A stretch of 64,000 bases of DNA from Dehalococcoidia bacterium (GCA_965115825.1 OZ220464.1:705530-769529); one strand, 5' to 3'. Positions 8,569 to 17,420 are shown, counted from the first letter of the stretch. The notes: generated by a model from the letters alone, not told the origin. Numbers and translations are program-made.

Positions 8569-9573
8569 ATGGCTGTTCGCATTTTGATTACCGATTTTGT
8601 TTGGCCTTCTACTGCGCCGGAGAGGGAGGTTCTGGCTGCCGGGCTGGGGGATGACGTGGAGGTGGTGGAGGCGCCGGACGGTTCGGAGGCGACGCTGTCC
8701 AGGCTGGCGGCTGACTGTGACGGGATTATGACCTGCTTTGCGCAGGTTACGCCGGCGGTGGCGCGGGCGGCGGAACGCTGTAGGGTTATCAGCCGCTATG
8801 GGGTGGGAGTGGACAACATCGCGGTGGATGTGGCTACGGAGCTGGGGATTCCGGTTACCTATGTGCCGGACTATTGCGTTCAGGAGGTTAGCGACCATGT
8901 GATGGCGCTGCTGCTGGCCTGGAATCGGCAGCTGGGGTTTTATGACCGGGCGGCGAAAGCGGGTCGTTGGGAGGGGACGCCTTCGCCGCATCCGCTGACC
9001 CGGCTGCGAGGGCAGACTGTCGGTATTGTAGGGTTCGGGCGCATCGGGCGGGCCGTGGCGGACAAGGCGCGGGCTTTTGGGTTATCGGTACTGGCTTTTG
9101 ACCCCTACCTGGCGGCGGGCGCGGAACTGCCGGACGGCGTAAAGAAGGCAAGGCTGTCCGACCTGCTGACGGCCGCGGATTACGTTACGGTGCACACGCC
9201 ATTGAATGAGGAAACGCGCGGGCTGATTGGAGCGCGGGAGTTGGGGCTTATGAAACCGTCGGCATACCTGATTAACTGCGCGCGGGGGCCCATCGTGGAC
9301 GAGCCGGCGCTGCTGGATGCGCTGCGGACGGGCAGCATCGCGGGGGCCGGACTGGACGTGATGGAGGCGTCAGCGCCGCCGGCGGACCATCCGATGTTTG
9401 GGCTGGATAACGTAATCATCACGCCGCACGTTGCCTTTCTGTCGCAGGAGTCGGTGCTGGAGCTGGAAGCGCGGACGGCGCAGGCCACAGTGGATGCGCT
9501 GCGGGGGAAGATGCCGGAGTTTCTGGTGAATCCGGCGGTGTTGGCGCATTCGCGGGTTCATTTACAGGGATGA
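8569..9573 (+). CDS. D-isomer-specific 2-hydroxyacid dehydrogenase (PGDH/CtBP-like)
   Basis: NAD-binding motif GIVGFGRIGRAVADKA. Catalytic region NCARGPIVDE...TPHVAF. Confidence 0.85.
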   Translation: MAVRILITDFVWPSTAPEREVLAAGLGDDVEVVEAPDGSEATLSRLAADCDGIMTCFAQVTPAVARAAERCRVISRYGVGVDNIAVDVATELGIPVTYVPDYCVQEVSDHVMALLLAWNRQLGFYDRAAKAGRWEGTPSPHPLTRLRGQTVGIVGFGRIGRAVADKARAFGLSVLAFDPYLAAGAELPDGVKKARLSDLLTAADYVTVHTPLNEETRGLIGARELGLMKPSAYLINCARGPIVDEPALLDALRTGSIAGAGLDVMEASAPPADHPMFGLDNVIITPHVAFLSQESVLELEARTAQATVDALRGKMPEFLVNPAVLAHSRVHLQG

Positions 9574-9623
9574 CAGGGTTCCCGCTTACGCGGGAATGAA
9601 GAGTAAAGGCTAGAGAGGATAGA

Positions 9624-10442
9624 TTGGGTACGGCAGGATTTACGGTTAGTTATCTGGGAACGGGGGCCGGGGGCTGCGTGATGCGGAATCATACGGCGAT
9701 AGTGGTGGAGTGTCCTTCGGGGGAGCGGATATTGCTGGATGCGGCATCGGGGAACACGGTGCCGCGCCACGCGGAGCGGCTGGGAATGTCGCTTACGGAG
9801 TTTGACCACTGCCTGCTGAGCCACAGCCATCCGGATCATTGCGAGGGCTTGCCGCATATTGAGATGCAGCGCAGCCGGCGGAACCCGGCGGAGCAGCCGA
9901 TGCGGCTGTACGGCTCGGGCGAGGCGTTGGCGGATGTGGGGACGCTGCTGGCTTATCGGCGGCGGGGGTTGACGGTTGAGGGGGACGGAGCGCGGCGCAG
10001 GGACGGGCGTCGGGTGTTTGACTTTCGTCCGGTGGAGCCGGGGGAGTGGGTGGAACTGACGCCCAACGCGCGAGCGAGGTGCGCGCCGGTTGACCACATT
10101 GGCGGCGCAGTGGCGTGGCGGGTGGAATCGTGCGGGCAGTCGGTGGTGTTCTCGGGGGATACGCGCTGGTGTCCGTCGCTGGCGGAGTTGGCAGAAGGGG
10201 CGACGCTGCTGATTCATGAGGCCATCTGCACGGAGGACGACCGGAGGCGGGCGGACGATGCAGCGCATGCTACGGCAGCGGAAGCGGCGCGCATTGCGCA
10301 GCTGGCCGGAGTGGGGTCGCTGACGCTGACGCACATTGACAACGCTTTTCACCTGGACGGGGAACGGCTGGCAGTGGAGGCGCGGTCGGTGTATGACGGG
10401 CCGGTAGCGGTGGCGGCGGATTGCTGGCAGGAGATGGTTTGA
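9624..10442 (+). CDS. MBL-fold metallo-hydrolase
   Basis: The HxHxDH motif is present (LSHSHPDHCEG), with a later HEA and a TLTHID block. The start is a TTG in the ORF track and is uncertain. Confidence 0.75.
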   Translation: MGTAGFTVSYLGTGAGGCVMRNHTAIVVECPSGERILLDAASGNTVPRHAERLGMSLTEFDHCLLSHSHPDHCEGLPHIEMQRSRRNPAEQPMRLYGSGEALADVGTLLAYRRRGLTVEGDGARRRDGRRVFDFRPVEPGEWVELTPNARARCAPVDHIGGAVAWRVESCGQSVVFSGDTRWCPSLAELAEGATLLIHEAICTEDDRRRADDAAHATAAEAARIAQLAGVGSLTLTHIDNAFHLDGERLAVEARSVYDGPVAVAADCWQEMV

Positions 10443-10509
10443 GCGGCTTGCGCTGCGTGATAGAATGACCGCCGGCCAGTCGGCGGCAAGCCGACTTTGC
10501 GTATCCATT

Positions 10510-11856
10510 ATGCACGAAACGCACACCAGAAACATCCACCCGGTGGTACGGGCGACGGAGCTGTTGCAGGAGTTTTCGCTGCCGCTGATTGCCGGCGTGG
10601 TGCTTGGGCTGTTGGCGGCGAACGTGAACCATCCCTGGTACGATGGGCTGGTGCATTTTCGCCCCTTTGGAGGTGGGGCTTATGTTTTCGGGCATAAGCT
10701 GGACCTGCACTTCATCATCAACGGGATGTTCATGTGCCTGTTCTTTGGCATTGCGGCCAAGGAGATTAAGGAGTCGACGCTGCCGGGAGGGGTGCTGAAT
10801 CCGCTGCGGCGGGCCATCAATCCGCTGATTGGGACGCTGGGAGGGGTGTTTGGGCCGGCGGGGCTGTACCTGCTGCTGGATTGGATCATTTTTGGAGGCA
10901 CCGTAGATTTCGGGGCCGTAGCCAATGGCTGGGCGATACCGACAGCCACGGACATTGCGCTGGCGTGGCTGGTGGCGCGGGTGGTGTTCGGGCCACTGCA
11001 TCCGGCGGTGAACTTTCTGCTGCTGCTGGCGGTGGTGGACGACGCCATTGGGCTGCTCATCATCGCAGCTTTTTATCCCGATCCGCATCATCCGGTGGAG
11101 CCGTTATGGCTGCTGCTGGTGGTTGGCGGAATGGCGGCGGCGTATGGGCTGCGGCGGCTACGGGTGCGATGGTGGCCGGTGTACATCCTGGTGGGCGGAG
11201 CGCTGTCGTGGAGCGGTATGGCCAAGGCGGGAGTGGAGCCGGCGCTGGCGTTGGCGCCCATCGTGCCGTTCCTGCCACATTCGGCGCCGGGGGATGCGCC
11301 TCATGCCCATTATGACGTAGAGCCCGTTGAACATGGCGGGCACAGCGTGCTGGAGCAGTTTGAGCATCAGCTGAAGCTGTTTGTGGACGTTGGGTTGTTT
11401 TTCTTCGCCTTCGCCAATGCCGGCGTGCCCTTCACCAGCATTGGCTGGGTAACAATAATGATTCTGGCCTCGCTGATAATTGGAAAAGCCGTGGGTGTGA
11501 CGCTGTTCTCGTGGCTGGCGGCCCGGGTTGGATTCCCGCTGCCAACGGGTATGGATGTTCGGCATCTGGTAGTGACGGGAGTGATTGCGGGCCTGGGGTT
11601 GACGGTGGCACTGTTTGTGGCGGGGAAGGCGTTTCCGGGGGATTCGCCTTTCCAAGAACCGGGCAAGATGGGGGCGGTGTTGAGCATCTTCGCTGCGGTG
11701 GTTGCATATATCCTGGGGAAAGCGCTGCGGGTGAAGCAGCAGCCCGGTTTGCGGCAGCGGACGGAGCGGCACGAGGGGATACTGCCGCACGCGCGCCATC
11801 ACAGCGACAGGACAGTGGCAGACCGGCCGAGGGGGGAATCCAGCGCAGACAACTGA
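10510..11856 (+). CDS. nhaA: Na+/H+ antiporter NhaA
   Basis: NhaA-specific blocks WAIPTATDIA, LLLLAVVDDAIGLLIIAAFY and FFFAFANAGV. The protein is polytopic. ATG 10510 was chosen inside ORF 10465..11856. Confidence 0.85.
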   Translation: MHETHTRNIHPVVRATELLQEFSLPLIAGVVLGLLAANVNHPWYDGLVHFRPFGGGAYVFGHKLDLHFIINGMFMCLFFGIAAKEIKESTLPGGVLNPLRRAINPLIGTLGGVFGPAGLYLLLDWIIFGGTVDFGAVANGWAIPTATDIALAWLVARVVFGPLHPAVNFLLLLAVVDDAIGLLIIAAFYPDPHHPVEPLWLLLVVGGMAAAYGLRRLRVRWWPVYILVGGALSWSGMAKAGVEPALALAPIVPFLPHSAPGDAPHAHYDVEPVEHGGHSVLEQFEHQLKLFVDVGLFFFAFANAGVPFTSIGWVTIMILASLIIGKAVGVTLFSWLAARVGFPLPTGMDVRHLVVTGVIAGLGLTVALFVAGKAFPGDSPFQEPGKMGAVLSIFAAVVAYILGKALRVKQQPGLRQRTERHEGILPHARHHSDRTVADRPRGESSADN

Positions 11857-11996
11857 ATCGCGCTGCCCGGTTATGGAGTAGGTTCCCGCCGGCGGGGGAA
11901 TGACGCACGGCTCATTGCCAAGTAGGACAGGGTACTAGTGGATTCCCGGGTGTGCGGGAATGACAGCGTTGAAAATTGAAAAGGAGAGGGAACGGA

Positions 11997-12290
11997 ATGG
12001 CGTTGATTGGAGTACTGACTCATCATTGGGCGAAAGAGGAGAGGGTGGATGAGGCGAAAGCGCTGCTGGAGGGCAACGGAGCGGCGCAGAGCCGGGCACC
12101 CGGGTTCGGCGCGCGGCAGACGTTTATATCGCTGTCGGATCCGACGAAAATCTCGACGCTGGTGACCTGGGAGAGCAACGAGATTTACGATGCGTGGCGG
12201 GCGAGTCCGGAACGTGCGGCGGCGATGGCGGGCGCGGAGGATCTGTGGTCGCGTCCGCCGGAATCGGAGCGGTTTGAGATGCAGGAGTGA
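11997..12290 (+). CDS. Antibiotic-biosynthesis-monooxygenase (ABM) domain protein
   Basis: About 97 aa with the ferredoxin-like ABM pattern (ALIGVLTHHWAKEE...ISTLVTWESNEIYDAW). An AAGGAGAGGG RBS lies upstream. Confidence 0.6.
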   Translation: MALIGVLTHHWAKEERVDEAKALLEGNGAAQSRAPGFGARQTFISLSDPTKISTLVTWESNEIYDAWRASPERAAAMAGAEDLWSRPPESERFEMQE

Positions 12291-12300
12291 CGGCTGAGTG

Positions 12301-13695
12301 TTACCGGCGGCGCGGCGTCAAGTCCAGCGGCGGCGAACTGCCGGGTAGGGATGCGGCTGGCGCCGCGGCGTCAGGCTGTTCAGGGAGTCCGTTAAGCAAT
12401 CTGCGAACAACCAGGATGAACAGGCCGGTCAGGGCGAGATTGAGGGCCAGGGACAGCATTGCGACGGTGACGATAGGGCCGCCGATGCCATAGCTGAGAC
12501 TGAGCACGAGGACTCCGGCGCCGACTTCGCCCCGGGGCCACATGCCGATGGCCAAAGCGAGCCGTTCCCGCCAGTGGGCTTCTCGGCGATAGCAAAAGGC
12601 GGGGAACATTTTGCCCAAGTTGCTCAAGACGGTCAATGCCAGCACGTGCCCTATCAACTCGAGCCAGCCGATGCTGGGTTGGCGGGCGGTTACGGAGTCG
12701 GTGTACCGGCCCTCGATCTTGCCGCCGTGCACGGCGGGGTCGTCCACAACACCGGCGGGGGCGGAGGAGTGAAGGGATTCCGGCGAGTGCGCAGGGTGCT
12801 GCGCATCCGGGCCGCCGAAAATCAGAGGCATACTCAGGCCTACGAGCACCATGAAAGTGGCGGAAACAACGGTTGCGGCGCGGCGTTCGCCGGGACGCTC
12901 CAGAACTTCGTGCAACGCCTTATCGGGTTCCGGAGCGGAATGGGGGTCGGTTGATGAGGAGGCGGGCCGGGGTCGGGCCAGACAGCCTACGACAAAGGCT
13001 GGCAGGAGGATTTCTATGTGGATTGGAACTGAGGGGTCGATTATATTGCCCCAGGCGTAGAGCAGCTCGCTGGCGCCGACAATCAAGGCGGCGTAGAGTA
13101 TGACATAAGGCCAGGTGACGGGCATCGGGATACGGTGCATCCACACGTAGGCGATGACCAGCAGGATGACCATCAGCACGACGGTGATGCCCAGCTGCCA
13201 GGCCAGTCCTACCATGAGCATCTTGAGGGGTATCATCAAGAGGACGGTATCCAGGTCGTCGAATATGGCCAGGATACGGGCTTTGCGGAACAGCCAGGTG
13301 GCGCCGAGGCCAGCGGCCGCAAGCATACTGAACAACACGCCGGCGGAAGTAGGCGCGGCGAATCGTCCGGCGAGGAGAGTTTCTTTCCACGCTTCGAGGT
13401 CGCCCCAGAAATCGGGCGGGAGCATCACAAACAGGAAATAGCCGGTGACGAACACCCAAGGGAACGATGCGGCGGTAAATGCGACCAGGTAGTCCCAACC
13501 GTACTGTTTCTTGTTGGACTTGTCGATGTTGAACTCGAAGCCGACGTGGATCATGATGAAAGCCAAGCCGGTCAACGTCAGCATACGGACGGCGTTGGCG
13601 ATGGCATCGGGGTAGTTGCCCAGGGTCATGGGCAGGGCTTGCGAAAGGCCGAGGCCTATGAACAGGAGGACGGAGTAGGTTATAACTTTGCGCAT
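12301..13695 (-). CDS. Cation:proton antiporter (CPA/Kef-type sodium-hydrogen exchanger family)
   Basis: 464 aa with about 12 TM segments. The overall pattern matches the Na_H_exchanger family (ILAIFDDLDTVLLMIPL), with a soluble insert in the middle. Confidence 0.7.
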   Translation of the reverse strand: MRKVITYSVLLFIGLGLSQALPMTLGNYPDAIANAVRMLTLTGLAFIMIHVGFEFNIDKSNKKQYGWDYLVAFTAASFPWVFVTGYFLFVMLPPDFWGDLEAWKETLLAGRFAAPTSAGVLFSMLAAAGLGATWLFRKARILAIFDDLDTVLLMIPLKMLMVGLAWQLGITVVLMVILLVIAYVWMHRIPMPVTWPYVILYAALIVGASELLYAWGNIIDPSVPIHIEILLPAFVVGCLARPRPASSSTDPHSAPEPDKALHEVLERPGERRAATVVSATFMVLVGLSMPLIFGGPDAQHPAHSPESLHSSAPAGVVDDPAVHGGKIEGRYTDSVTARQPSIGWLELIGHVLALTVLSNLGKMFPAFCYRREAHWRERLALAIGMWPRGEVGAGVLVLSLSYGIGGPIVTVAMLSLALNLALTGLFILVVRRLLNGLPEQPDAAAPAASLPGSSPPLDLTPRRR

Positions 13696-13927
13696 CGGTT
13701 ATCCCAAGGTGAAAGGGTGGAATTGCCAGGCTAACGCTCTGCTGTTAATTATACAGCATGGATACCGGGCTGCTAGCGCGGCGCGGGCGGCGATGAGCCG
13801 GGGCGCTTGGGATACCGGGGCCGAACTCGGCTCGTCGCTGCGCCGGCGCGGGGGGCCGTCGGCCCGGAGGAAATCGGGTACAGAGCCGAGGGTGTTGACG
13901 TGGGGGCGGCGGAGAGAATTGGCGGCT

Positions 13928-14908
13928 TTAATAGAGCAGCGGGGATATGTCGATTCTCTCGGCCAGCAGGTCGGCCATGCGCTCGGCTTTGTGGTCGTGG
14001 TGGGGGACTGCGGCGTCCAGCAGGTTGCCGATGGCATCGGCGGCGGCGACGGTTCCGGCGTCAACGAGGAGGACGGGGATGTTGCGTTTGGCGGCCTCTA
14101 CGCGGATGTACTCGGTGGGGCGCGCGCCGCCGGTTAGCACCAGGCAGAGAGTGTTCGGAACGAGGCTGGCCATCTGGATGTCGGGGCGCTCGGCGCGAGT
14201 GATGACGGCCTGGCGGGGGTAACGCCCGAAGTAGCCGGCGCCGGAGTCCATGATGTTGCCGCCGATGAGGAAGCGGTCGACCCAGGCTTCGGCATCGGAG
14301 GGTTCCAGTTCCCAGCGTCCGCCCAGAGAGTTGGCCAGTTGGGTCATGGTGAGGGAAAGCATGGGACGGTCTTCGGACAGCGCGCCGAGGGCGGGGACGC
14401 CGGCGGCGGCGATTTCGGCAAGTATTGAGGCGGCTTTGGCGACGCGGTAGCGCGGGGTCTGGTTGATGATGACGCCGGCCAGTCTGTCGCCCAAGTCGGA
14501 GACGGCGGCGGAGATAGTTGCGGCAGACAGCTCGGCGTCGTGGGCGAAAAGGGCGATGACACGGGCGGAGAGGCGTTCAGAGAGGCCGGTGGTCAATGGC
14601 GACGATATTCCGGAGCCGCTGACCGGATTGGCGACTTCCAAGAGGGTGTGCTCGTTGGCGTCGGAGAGGGCGCTGACGGCGTTGGCGGCGGCGTCCAGAG
14701 CGGCAGCGTCGCCAACGCCGGACACTGGAATATCGCTGTGAAAGCGGGAGGAGTAGAAGGCGGCGTCGGGGTCTGCGTCGCCAGCCGGGGAGAGAGGCTT
14801 GCAGAGGGATACGGAGGAGTGGCGGCGGGCGATGAGTTTCGCCAAGCCGGCGGCGACGGCAGTCTTGCCGGCGCCGGGGGTATGGGATGCGATGAGGAGA
14901 GTGGCCAT
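13928..14908 (-). CDS. P-loop (BioD/CobQ/Pta-N-terminal-like) + DRTGG domain protein
   Basis: N-terminal P-loop HTPGAGKTAVAAGLA. The C-terminal CLVLTGGARPTEYIRVEAAKRNIPVLLVD resembles a DRTGG domain. Confidence 0.6.
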   Translation of the reverse strand: MATLLIASHTPGAGKTAVAAGLAKLIARRHSSVSLCKPLSPAGDADPDAAFYSSRFHSDIPVSGVGDAAALDAAANAVSALSDANEHTLLEVANPVSGSGISSPLTTGLSERLSARVIALFAHDAELSAATISAAVSDLGDRLAGVIINQTPRYRVAKAASILAEIAAAGVPALGALSEDRPMLSLTMTQLANSLGGRWELEPSDAEAWVDRFLIGGNIMDSGAGYFGRYPRQAVITRAERPDIQMASLVPNTLCLVLTGGARPTEYIRVEAAKRNIPVLLVDAGTVAAADAIGNLLDAAVPHHDHKAERMADLLAERIDISPLLY

Positions 14909-14938
14909 AGAGTATTGGGGGATGGCGCGAGCGTTCGG

Positions 14939-15349
14939 TTATTCGGGGTTCACGGGGATGCGGAAAATAGGCTGCCCATCGGCGTTGTGGCTGTGGTTCA
15001 CCAGGGCGAGCAGGAGCTGCTGGTTGCCGCGGCGCATTTCTTCGAGGAGTTCGCTGCGTTGGTTCTGTATGGCTTCGAGGAGTTCGCTGCGTTGGTTCTG
15101 TATGGCTTCGAGGAGTTCGCTGCGCTGGTTCTGCAAGGCCTCGAGGAGTTCGCTGCGTATTTCGCGCATTTCTTTGCGCAGGTCTTCGGCTACGTCGTCA
15201 ATCTTTGCGTCCAGTTGGTCAACCTTTTTTTCGAGGTTGCCGACCCGGTTGCTCAGCTTGCCGAGCCAGAAGAACCCGCCGCCGATGAGCGCAAGCAGGG
15301 TGACGAAGCTGATTATTACCGTGAGAATGTCGGGGCTGATGGTGATCAT
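14939..15349 (-). CDS. Small membrane-anchored coiled-coil protein with 11-aa tandem repeats
   Basis: One N-terminal TM segment (ILTVIISFVTLLALIGGGFFWL), then a coiled coil containing RSELLEA(I/L)QNQ x3-4. These repeats are encoded by 33-bp DNA repeats at 15051..15170. Confidence 0.6.
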   Translation of the reverse strand: MITISPDILTVIISFVTLLALIGGGFFWLGKLSNRVGNLEKKVDQLDAKIDDVAEDLRKEMREIRSELLEALQNQRSELLEAIQNQRSELLEAIQNQRSELLEEMRRGNQQLLLALVNHSHNADGQPIFRIPVNPE

Positions 15350-15370
15350 GGTAAAAATCGCGGGCAGGGC

Positions 15371-16072
15371 TTAGTAGTCATCAACGCGGTTTTCGATGTA
15401 GGTGGGGTCGAAGCCGGGGGGAAATACGGTGGTGTCGTCCCACTTGCCCATGGTCATGTCACAGCGGTGGAGGCTGGCGCGGTTGAAGGTTGCGCCGCGG
15501 AGGTCGGTCATAATCCACATAGAGTCGCGGATTTTAGCGTTGGTGAAGTCGGCGCCGCGCATTACGGCGCGGCTGACGTCGGCGCCGTTGAGGTTGGCGC
15601 CCTGCCAGTTGGAGTTGGTGAGGTTGGCGGAGCGGAGGTCGACCTCAATAGCGGTGGTCTGGCTGCAATCGGCAGCAGTGAGGTCGGTATTGAGGAAGGT
15701 GGCGCGGTTGAGGCGGGACCATTGGAGGATGGCTTCCTGCATATTGGACTGCTTAAGGTCGGCCCAGAAGAGGTTGGCGTTGCGCAGGATGGCGGCGGAC
15801 ATTTGGGCGGAGGCAAGGGAGGCGCCGTAGAGGTCGGCGCCGGTGAGGTCGGCGGCGCTGAGGTCGGAACGGGAGAGGTTGGCTTTGGTGAGCCGGGCGT
15901 CGGTGAGGACGGCGCCGCGAAGGTCGGAGGCGCGCAAATCGGCGCCGGCAAGGTCAAGACCGGCCAGGTCGGCGGAGCGGAGGTCGAGGGGTTGGCCGGG
16001 GTTATCGGCGCGCCAGGCGGCCAGGGCAGCTTTGCCGGCGCGGATGATCGCCAGGTGTTCGTTGTTTGCCAT
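15371..16072 (-). CDS. Pentapeptide-repeat protein
   Basis: A(D/N)LxG-type pentapeptides run almost end to end (ADLAGLDLAGADLRASDLRGAVLTDARLTKANLSRSDLSAADLTGADL...). Confidence 0.9.
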   Translation of the reverse strand: MANNEHLAIIRAGKAALAAWRADNPGQPLDLRSADLAGLDLAGADLRASDLRGAVLTDARLTKANLSRSDLSAADLTGADLYGASLASAQMSAAILRNANLFWADLKQSNMQEAILQWSRLNRATFLNTDLTAADCSQTTAIEVDLRSANLTNSNWQGANLNGADVSRAVMRGADFTNAKIRDSMWIMTDLRGATFNRASLHRCDMTMGKWDDTTVFPPGFDPTYIENRVDDY

Positions 16073-16139
16073 GATGTTGGGGGTTCTCGCTTCTGCGGGA
16101 ATGACGGTTCTGGATGTGGGATGGAATGATGGTGTGGGG

Positions 16140-16454
16140 TTAGTTGTTGGCGGCCATCATTTCGTCTTCGACGTCGAAGATGCGTTCGGCGATGACCATT
16201 TTGAGTTCGTTGACTTTGCTGTAGCCGGGGTATTCGTCGTTTTCCTCGTCGTAGCGGTCGAAGATCTTGGCGCTGTCGAGGTAGATTTCAAGGCGGCCCT
16301 TGTCGGCAGGGGTGAGTTTGACGGCAATGTCGCCGGCGTTTTGGGAACGCCAGAATTCGGTCGCCAGCCACGTGGCGAGGCCGTGGTAGCCTCAAGGGAC
16401 GCAATAGACGATGTCCACGGTGACTTTGCCGAACTCGGAACGGGTCATAGTCAT
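16140..16454 (-). CDS. SelW/Rdx-family selenoprotein candidate (in-frame TGA = Sec at codon 21)
   Basis: Not in the ORF track. The start is ATG 16454, with AGGAG 8-9 nt upstream. The frame is open to TAA 16140 except for TGA at 16392..16394. Translation gives ...VTVDIVYCVP-U-GYHGLATWLATEF..., which matches the SelW CxxU-GY redox motif. Confidence 0.8.
16363..16390 (-). promoter_or_regulatory. Candidate bacterial SECIS stem-loop for the SelW-like gene
   Basis: On the minus strand: GCUA-CCACG-GCCUCGCCA-CGUGG-(C)-UGGC, starting 4 nt after the UGA. The helix is imperfect with a 9-nt loop. Confidence 0.4.
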
Positions 16455-16590
16455 GCGGGTTGCTCCTGTTATGCGGTTGTTGAGGAGGGGTATGCGGTTT
16501 GGCGGCATATTACGGAATGGCCTGGGCTGGGAGTTGTGGGTTTCACCTTGCGCCGGAATGCCGGTGTTTAGGGGGCGGCGGTTTATGGGG

Positions 16591-17013
16591 TTAGCGGATT
16601 ACGGCGCTGGCCTGGCCGACGGCGGTTTTGTCGCCGTTCTGGTTTTCGCAGTACACGTCAACGGTGACGAGTGTGGAGCCGTCGTCCTGAGGCTGTCGGC
16701 TGTTGACCTGGCCGTGGACGCTGACGGTGTCGCCATGCTTGACGGGGCGGAGGAATTTGAGGTTGACGTTGCCACTGCGGTGGAAGTCGTCGGGGCCGAT
16801 GAACTTGCGCATGGCTTCGGTGCAGAAGGCGATGCTCATGCGTCCGGAGGCGATGGCGTAGTTAGTTCCCAGGCGCTGGGAGGCGAGGTCGGGGTCGTTG
16901 TGGATGTTGGCGCGGTTCAGGATGCCGCAGGCTTCGAATTGATTGATGACGTCCTGGGTGATGTGCTTGGTGATGACGGGGAGGGTTTCGCCGTCTAGCC
17001 TTGTGGATGCCAT
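16591..17013 (-). CDS. MaoC-like (R)-hydratase/dehydratase, hotdog fold
   Basis: 140 aa. The region INQFEACGILNRANIHNDPDLA is a hydratase-2-like motif. The gene overlaps its upstream hotdog partner by 19 nt. Confidence 0.75.
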   Translation of the reverse strand: MASTRLDGETLPVITKHITQDVINQFEACGILNRANIHNDPDLASQRLGTNYAIASGRMSIAFCTEAMRKFIGPDDFHRSGNVNLKFLRPVKHGDTVSVHGQVNSRQPQDDGSTLVTVDVYCENQNGDKTAVGQASAVIR

Positions 17014-17420
17014 TTTTTGCCCAACTCCTCGGGTTTTTTAATCTGATAGGTGCGCATTTTTTCGATGAGGCGGCCGTCTTCGTCGGTGGCGGTGGCCTCG
17101 ATGACGAGGTAGGGTTTTTCGCGGCGGACGTATTTGTCGTGGATGCGTCCGGTGACGCGGATTTTCCTGCCGGGAAGGGGAGGGTTGTGGAGTTCGATTT
17201 CGTTGCCGGCGTTGATGCTGCCGGTCTGGTCGTCGTAGGCCAGGGCCAGGGAGGTGGCGTCGTGCTTAACGGCGATGGTGGGAAACACGGCATCGGGGTC
17301 GTCCACGGCCCGGCGGTAAAGGTCGACCATCTCCTGGGTCAGGAGGTATTCGTAGGAACCGAGTTCTTCGCCGATGGCGACTTCGTCGTAGAGGAACAGG
17401 GGGAGGTTTGGTTCGTCCAT
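16995..17420 (-). CDS. MaoC-N-terminal-type hotdog protein (partner subunit)
   Basis: Reads MDEPNLPLFLYDEVAIGEELGSYEYLLTQEMVDLYRRAV. It forms a HadAB-like pair with 16591..17013. ATG 17420 was chosen inside the longer ORF. Confidence 0.65.
   Translation of the reverse strand: MDEPNLPLFLYDEVAIGEELGSYEYLLTQEMVDLYRRAVDDPDAVFPTIAVKHDATSLALAYDDQTGSINAGNEIELHNPPLPGRKIRVTGRIHDKYVRREKPYLVIEATATDEDGRLIEKMRTYQIKKPEELGKKWHPQG

Noticed and set aside
7849-8654. Overlapping plus-strand ORFs of 232, 157, 136 and 77 aa
   Set aside because: They are translations of the composite repeat and core repeats. The same peptides (SESGFTGFWDFQD and similar) reappear wherever the repeat occurs, in either orientation. 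This region is intergenic.
14540-16129. 529-aa plus-strand ORF
   Set aside because: It is antisense to three well-supported minus-strand genes (DRTGG, coiled-coil, pentapeptide). Its repeated FEEFAALVLYG is simply the reverse reading of the 33-bp repeat.
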